From Octopus sinensis (lineage: Eukaryota): a stretch of DNA of 9,842 nt. Of the stretch, positions 5,797-9,842 are shown piece after piece (within the stretch, counting starts at the first letter, position 1; every line of letters starts with the position of its first letter). Both the position numbers and the translations under genes were made by a program. A model generated the notes under the pieces. The model was not told the origin of the DNA. It saw only the letters and a list, made by a program, of their open reading frames with translations, and did no database searches. Location: contig NW_021827786.1 of NCBI RefSeq assembly GCF_006345805.1, forward strand, positions 1 through 9,842. Direction: 5' to 3'.

Positions 5797-5939
5797 ATGA
5801 CAAAAGAATGCCTTTATGGAGAGACCTTCCGGAAGTTAGCGGAAAGATCCAGCAAACACAACTGCAGTTATCTGGTCACTGTCTGCGCCACCCTGAACTA
5901 GAAGCACCCAAATTAGCTTTGTGCCACCCACTGCATGAT
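5797..5939 (+). pseudogene. RTE-clade LINE ORF2 fragment (post-RT C-terminal region), frameshifted
   Basis: Reads MTKECLYG (5797-5820), then a 2-nt GA insertion, then DLPEVSGKIQQTQLQLSGHCLRHPELEAPKLALCHPLHD (5823-5939). This resembles the RTE motif T...LYG.LP.VS.KI..RRL.LAGHC.RH....A..L.LW.P.HG. It is bounded by microsatellites on both sides. Confidence 0.75.
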
Positions 5940-5997
5940 GTGTGTGTGTGTGTGTGTGTGTGTGTTTGTGTTTGTGTTTTTCTCTTGTATGAGAAAG

Positions 5998-6145
5998 ACC
6001 AACAATAGTAACAACCACATTGACATCACCCCCACCACCACCACCACAAACAATTACAACACTATCAGCATCGCCACCACCGCCACCACCACCACCACTA
6101 CTAATATCAACCACAGCAACAGCAACAACAACACCACCACACATC
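5998..6145. repeat. (ACC/AAC)n trinucleotide low-complexity tract
   Basis: Directly visible, with opposite polarity to 4663-5071. Confidence 0.9.
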
Positions 6146-6401
6146 CCTTCCGCCATCATATGACAGTGAAATAACTAAAATTACTTCCTTTGTGTCAATA
6201 AAACTTTACCAAAAATACTGGGTCTTTGGATTGTTTTGTTTGTTTCATTGTGTGTCTGTCCCTCTGCATTCCTCCCTATTTTAATCCACGTCAGACTTTT
6301 GTTTCCACAACAACACAAATTGAAACAATGCATTATATATAAATAAATATGTCTTATATGTAAGTATTAATATATATATATACTTTATTTAAATAAAGCA
6401 A

Positions 6402-6471
6402 ATTACTCTACCTCTGGTATTTGAGTACTCTTTTTTCCACCTTGTTTCACATTTATGTGTTTACTCCGGTA
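6402..6471. repeat. Dispersed ~65-bp repeat, copy 2 of 784-848
   Basis: ATTACTCTACCTCTGGTATTTGAGTACTCTTTTTTCCACCTTGTTTCACATTTATGTGTTTACTCCGGTA, abutting (TA)n. Confidence 0.8.
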
Positions 6472-6512
6472 TATATATATATATTATATATATATATATA
6501 TATACGTATATA

Positions 6513-6695
6513 TCATCATCATCATCATCATCATTGTTTAGCATCTGCTTTCCATGTTAGCATGGGTTGGACGATTTTGACTGAGGGCTGGCGAACCAGA
6601 TGGCTACACCAGTCTCCAATCTGATCTGGCAGAGTTTCTACAGCTGGATGCCCTTCCTAACGCCAACCACTCCGAGAGTGTAGTGGGTGCTTTTA
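6513..6695 (-). mobile_element. Family C 3' end with (GAT)n tail
   Basis: (TCA)n followed by TGTTTAGCATCTGCTTTCCATGTTAGCATGGGTTGGACG...GGATGCCCTTCCTAACGCCAACC. Homologous to 6771-6940 and to the reverse complement of 2898-3010. Confidence 0.9.
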
Positions 6696-6718
6696 TATAT
6701 ATGTGTATATATATATAT

Positions 6719-6757
<39 letters not shown>

Positions 6758-6770
6758 ATACGTATCTATA

Positions 6771-7053
6771 TCATCATCATCGTTTAACGTCTGTTTTCCT
6801 TGGTAGCATGGGTTGGACGGTTTTGACTGAGGTCTGGCGAACCAGATGGCTGCATCAGTCTCCAGTCTTGATCTGGCAGAGTTTCTACAACTGGATGCCC
6901 TTCCTAACACCGACCACTCCGAGAGTGTAGTGAGTGCTTTTAAATGCCACCGGCGTGAGGGTCAGTCATGCGGTAAAGGTAATGACCTCGCTTGAATCTT
7001 TTTACACATGCCACCGGCACAGGTGCCAGTGAAGCAACGTTGGTAACGATCAT
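6771..7053 (-). mobile_element. Family C, longer copy, in tandem with 6513-6695
   Basis: Same 3' end, plus internal TGCCACCGGC repeat units. Confidence 0.9.
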
Positions 7054-7270
7054 ATGTATATATATATGTATATATATAAAATATTTAAAAAAATATAAAA
7101 AACTTTAATTTAAATATTTTAATTTGGAATTTTATATTTTTTATATTTTATATTTTATATTTTTTTTAATTAATTTTATTTCTACGTATTGGTTTATGTT
7201 TTTCACTGTTTGATTTGCCTAATAGTGGTTTTATCTCTAATTTAATATATATATATATATATTATACTAT

Positions 7271-7425
7271 AAAATTAGATTTAATCCTAAATCTAATTTT
7301 TCCCTGTAAGTTTGGATTTACTCCCTAATATTATTACATATATATATATATATATATATAATAAATATTAGGGAATATATCCAAATTTACAGGGAAAAAA
7401 TCAGATTTAGGATTAATTTAATTTT
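7271..7425. repeat. ~60-bp imperfect inverted repeat flanking a (TA)n tract
   Basis: 7271-7332 (TTAATCCTAAATCTAATTTTTCCCTGTAAGTTTGGATTTACTCCCTAATATT) pairs with 7364-7425 (AATATTAGGGAATATATCCAAATTTACAGGGAAAAAATCAGATTTAGGATTAA). Confidence 0.9.
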
Positions 7426-7436
7426 GTCTCAAATAA

Positions 7437-7486
<50 letters not shown>

Positions 7487-7659
7487 CACATATATATATA
7501 TGTGTGTATATATATTCATCTATGGATGCACGTGTTTGTGTGTGTGTGTGTGTACCTCGTGTCTGATGATATGTGATGGCTGTAAACAAGCATCACCATC
7601 ACACAAGCGGGGTGTTGAGGCCATGGGGTAATATTTATTACCTCCTTTGAAGACAGGTG

Positions 7660-7705
7660 AGGGTTGGTGACAGTAAGGGCATCCAGCTGTAGAAACCTTG
7701 CCCCA
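7660..7705 (+). mobile_element. Fragment carrying the family C conserved motif
   Basis: GGTGAGGGTTGGTGACAGTAAGGGCATCCAGCTGTAGAAACCTTGCC compares with the reverse complement of 6630-6670 (GGTTGGCGTTAGGAAGGGCATCCAGCTGTAGAAACTCTGCC). The flanks differ, so it may be a sister family. Confidence 0.7.
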
Positions 7706-8099
7706 AAAAAACACAAACCATCACATGTCAAGTGCAGCAGAGTCAGCACTAAATCATAATGATGGTAGTCATAATAATAATATACATACATTCGTGCTTA
7801 TATACGATAAATATAATTATATAATAATATATGTACCCGTTTGTGTGTGTGTGTGTGTGTGTGTGTATATACATACACACACACACACACACACATATAT
7901 ATACATATATATATGTATGTATGTATGTATAGATGCTTATATATAAATGTGTATATATATTGCTCAACCGATACATTTTCTACACCCAACCAACTATTAT
8001 TTGCTTGAATTCTGTCTCCCTTCGTTTGACATTCAATTTTCGTTATCTGCAACGGTTGAAGCACTTACGGTCTCCATCTATTATACACATTCTGTCATA

Positions 8100-8134
8100 T
8101 CCATACATACATATGTATATATCTATATACACAT

Positions 8135-8165
<31 letters not shown>

Positions 8166-8500
8166 CACAGTATATATATATATATATATGTATATACACA
8201 TGTATATATATATATATATATATAATATATATATATATATATGTATATACACATGTATATATATATATATATGTATATATCTATATACACATGTATATAT
8301 ATGTATATATATATGCATACATACATACATATATATATGTAATCATATATATATGTATGTATATATATAATATATATTCTATATATATATATATAATATA
8401 TTATATATAGAGAGAGAGAAGAGAGAAGAGAGAGAATATAAGCATGTATGTACAAATACAAACTATGCATGACTACACACACACACACCACACATATATA
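8100..8500. repeat. (TA)n/(TATG)n/(GA)n/(CA)n microsatellite field
   Basis: Directly visible. Confidence 0.95.
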
Positions 8501-9004
8501 AATATAAGAACTGTTGTATGAGAAGTGTGTTCACTATACAAACCCTATACATGTACATATAATTTTATCTACACATATATATACATAGATATATACACAT
8601 ACACAAAACACATACAAAAAACACATACACACACGAACACATGTATGTCGGATGTAAAAATTGTTGTATATGAGACGCATGTTCATTACATGGATGTATA
8701 ATTCTATCCATATATATATATATATATATACACACAGCACATAGTTGTCTACTGAAGTATTGAATATATTTATAAGGACGGCCGAGCGTGAAAAACAGAA
8801 TTATGTTAAACATCCAACTGGATCTGACATATAGCAATGATGTATGGTTCTCGTTATACATACATACACGTGTAGATAGACATATATATATATGTATATA
8901 TCTGTACATATGTGTTGTGTGTGGTGTGTATACACGTTATATGTGACTGTTAGTGCACATTGATGTCATTATATTTATTCATGTAATTTTACACCAACTG
9001 CACA

Positions 9005-9036
9005 TATAAGCATACATATATAACCTCATATATGCA

Positions 9037-9070
<34 letters not shown>

Positions 9071-9400
9071 CACACACACATACAAATATATATCTATACA
9101 TATATATACTGTGTGTATATAATGTAATCATATATATATGTATGTATAATATATATATATATATATATAATATATATATATTAATCATATATATATATAT
9201 ATGTAATCATATATATATAATATAAATATATATATATACATATATATATGTAATCATCATATATATATATATATGTAACATATATATATATATGTAATCA
9301 TATATATATATATATCATCTATATAATATATTGCATGTAATATATATTATATATATAATATAATCATATATATATATGTATGTATAACAGATACATGCAT
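9005..9400. repeat. (TG)n/(TA)n field with recurring ATGTAATCATATATA units
   Basis: The TGTAATCAT motif recurs at about 9123, 9202, 9249 and 9293 (also 8338), embedded in (TA)n. Confidence 0.9.
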
Positions 9401-9842
9401 ACAGACGTGAGAGATTTTATGGGCTTCCATTTGTATATATACACACACCCACACATATATATCTATATTCTATATACACATGCATATTGAAGCATAGCAT
9501 ATATGTGCATTTACCCATAAAGTCATGTACGTGCCACAGCTACCTACCTACATATCTGCCCCCACCTCTCTCTCTGTATATGTGTGTGTGTGTGAGTGTG
9601 TGTGTGTGTGTGTGAGTGTGTGTGTGTTGTGTGAGTGTGTGTTGTGTGGTTTCTGTATTCAGGGTCTTTCGGTTAAATTCGATCATTTAGGTTGCCTTCT
9701 TCCAGTAACAGCTTCATATATCAGCAAACAGTCAACTGAGTGGGGAGAGCATAACATTAAGGTCTTGTTTATATATAGGTATACATATACATATATAATA
9801 CCATACAATATATAGCACATATACACATATATATATATATAT

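Noticed and set aside
8063-8100. Minus-strand splice donor GTAAGT with a possible micro-exon
   Set aside because: It is an isolated hexamer expected by chance in 10 kb, with no polypyrimidine acceptor upstream.
543-9815. The many YI/CV/HT-rich ORFs in the supplied track
   Set aside because: They are translations of (TA)n, (TG)n and (CA)n microsatellites, which lack stop codons by construction.

Overview
Eukaryotic, AT-rich, repeat-saturated non-coding DNA. It is probably intronic or intergenic, and no intact protein-coding gene is supported. The repeat repertoire resembles, from recall rather than a search, an octopus/coleoid cephalopod genome. It contains (TA)n/(CA)n/(GGT)n microsatellite fields and at least three SINE-like families: family A in six pieces, family B once, and family C with a (GAT)n tail in about six pieces. 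There are two decayed LINE ORF2 fragments, a CR1-group 3' end at 104-355 and an RTE-clade fragment at 5797-5939, plus a 207-bp TA-flanked Tc1/mariner-type MITE at 3234-3440. Nearly all ORFs in the supplied track are microsatellite artefacts. The most notable signals are a minimal type-I hammerhead-ribozyme-like fold on the minus strand (715-760) with correct geometry but a decayed core, the MITE, several close inverted repeat pairs that would form long dsRNA, and two nested insertions with candidate target-site duplications (TSDs). Family letters A/B/C are local labels only.
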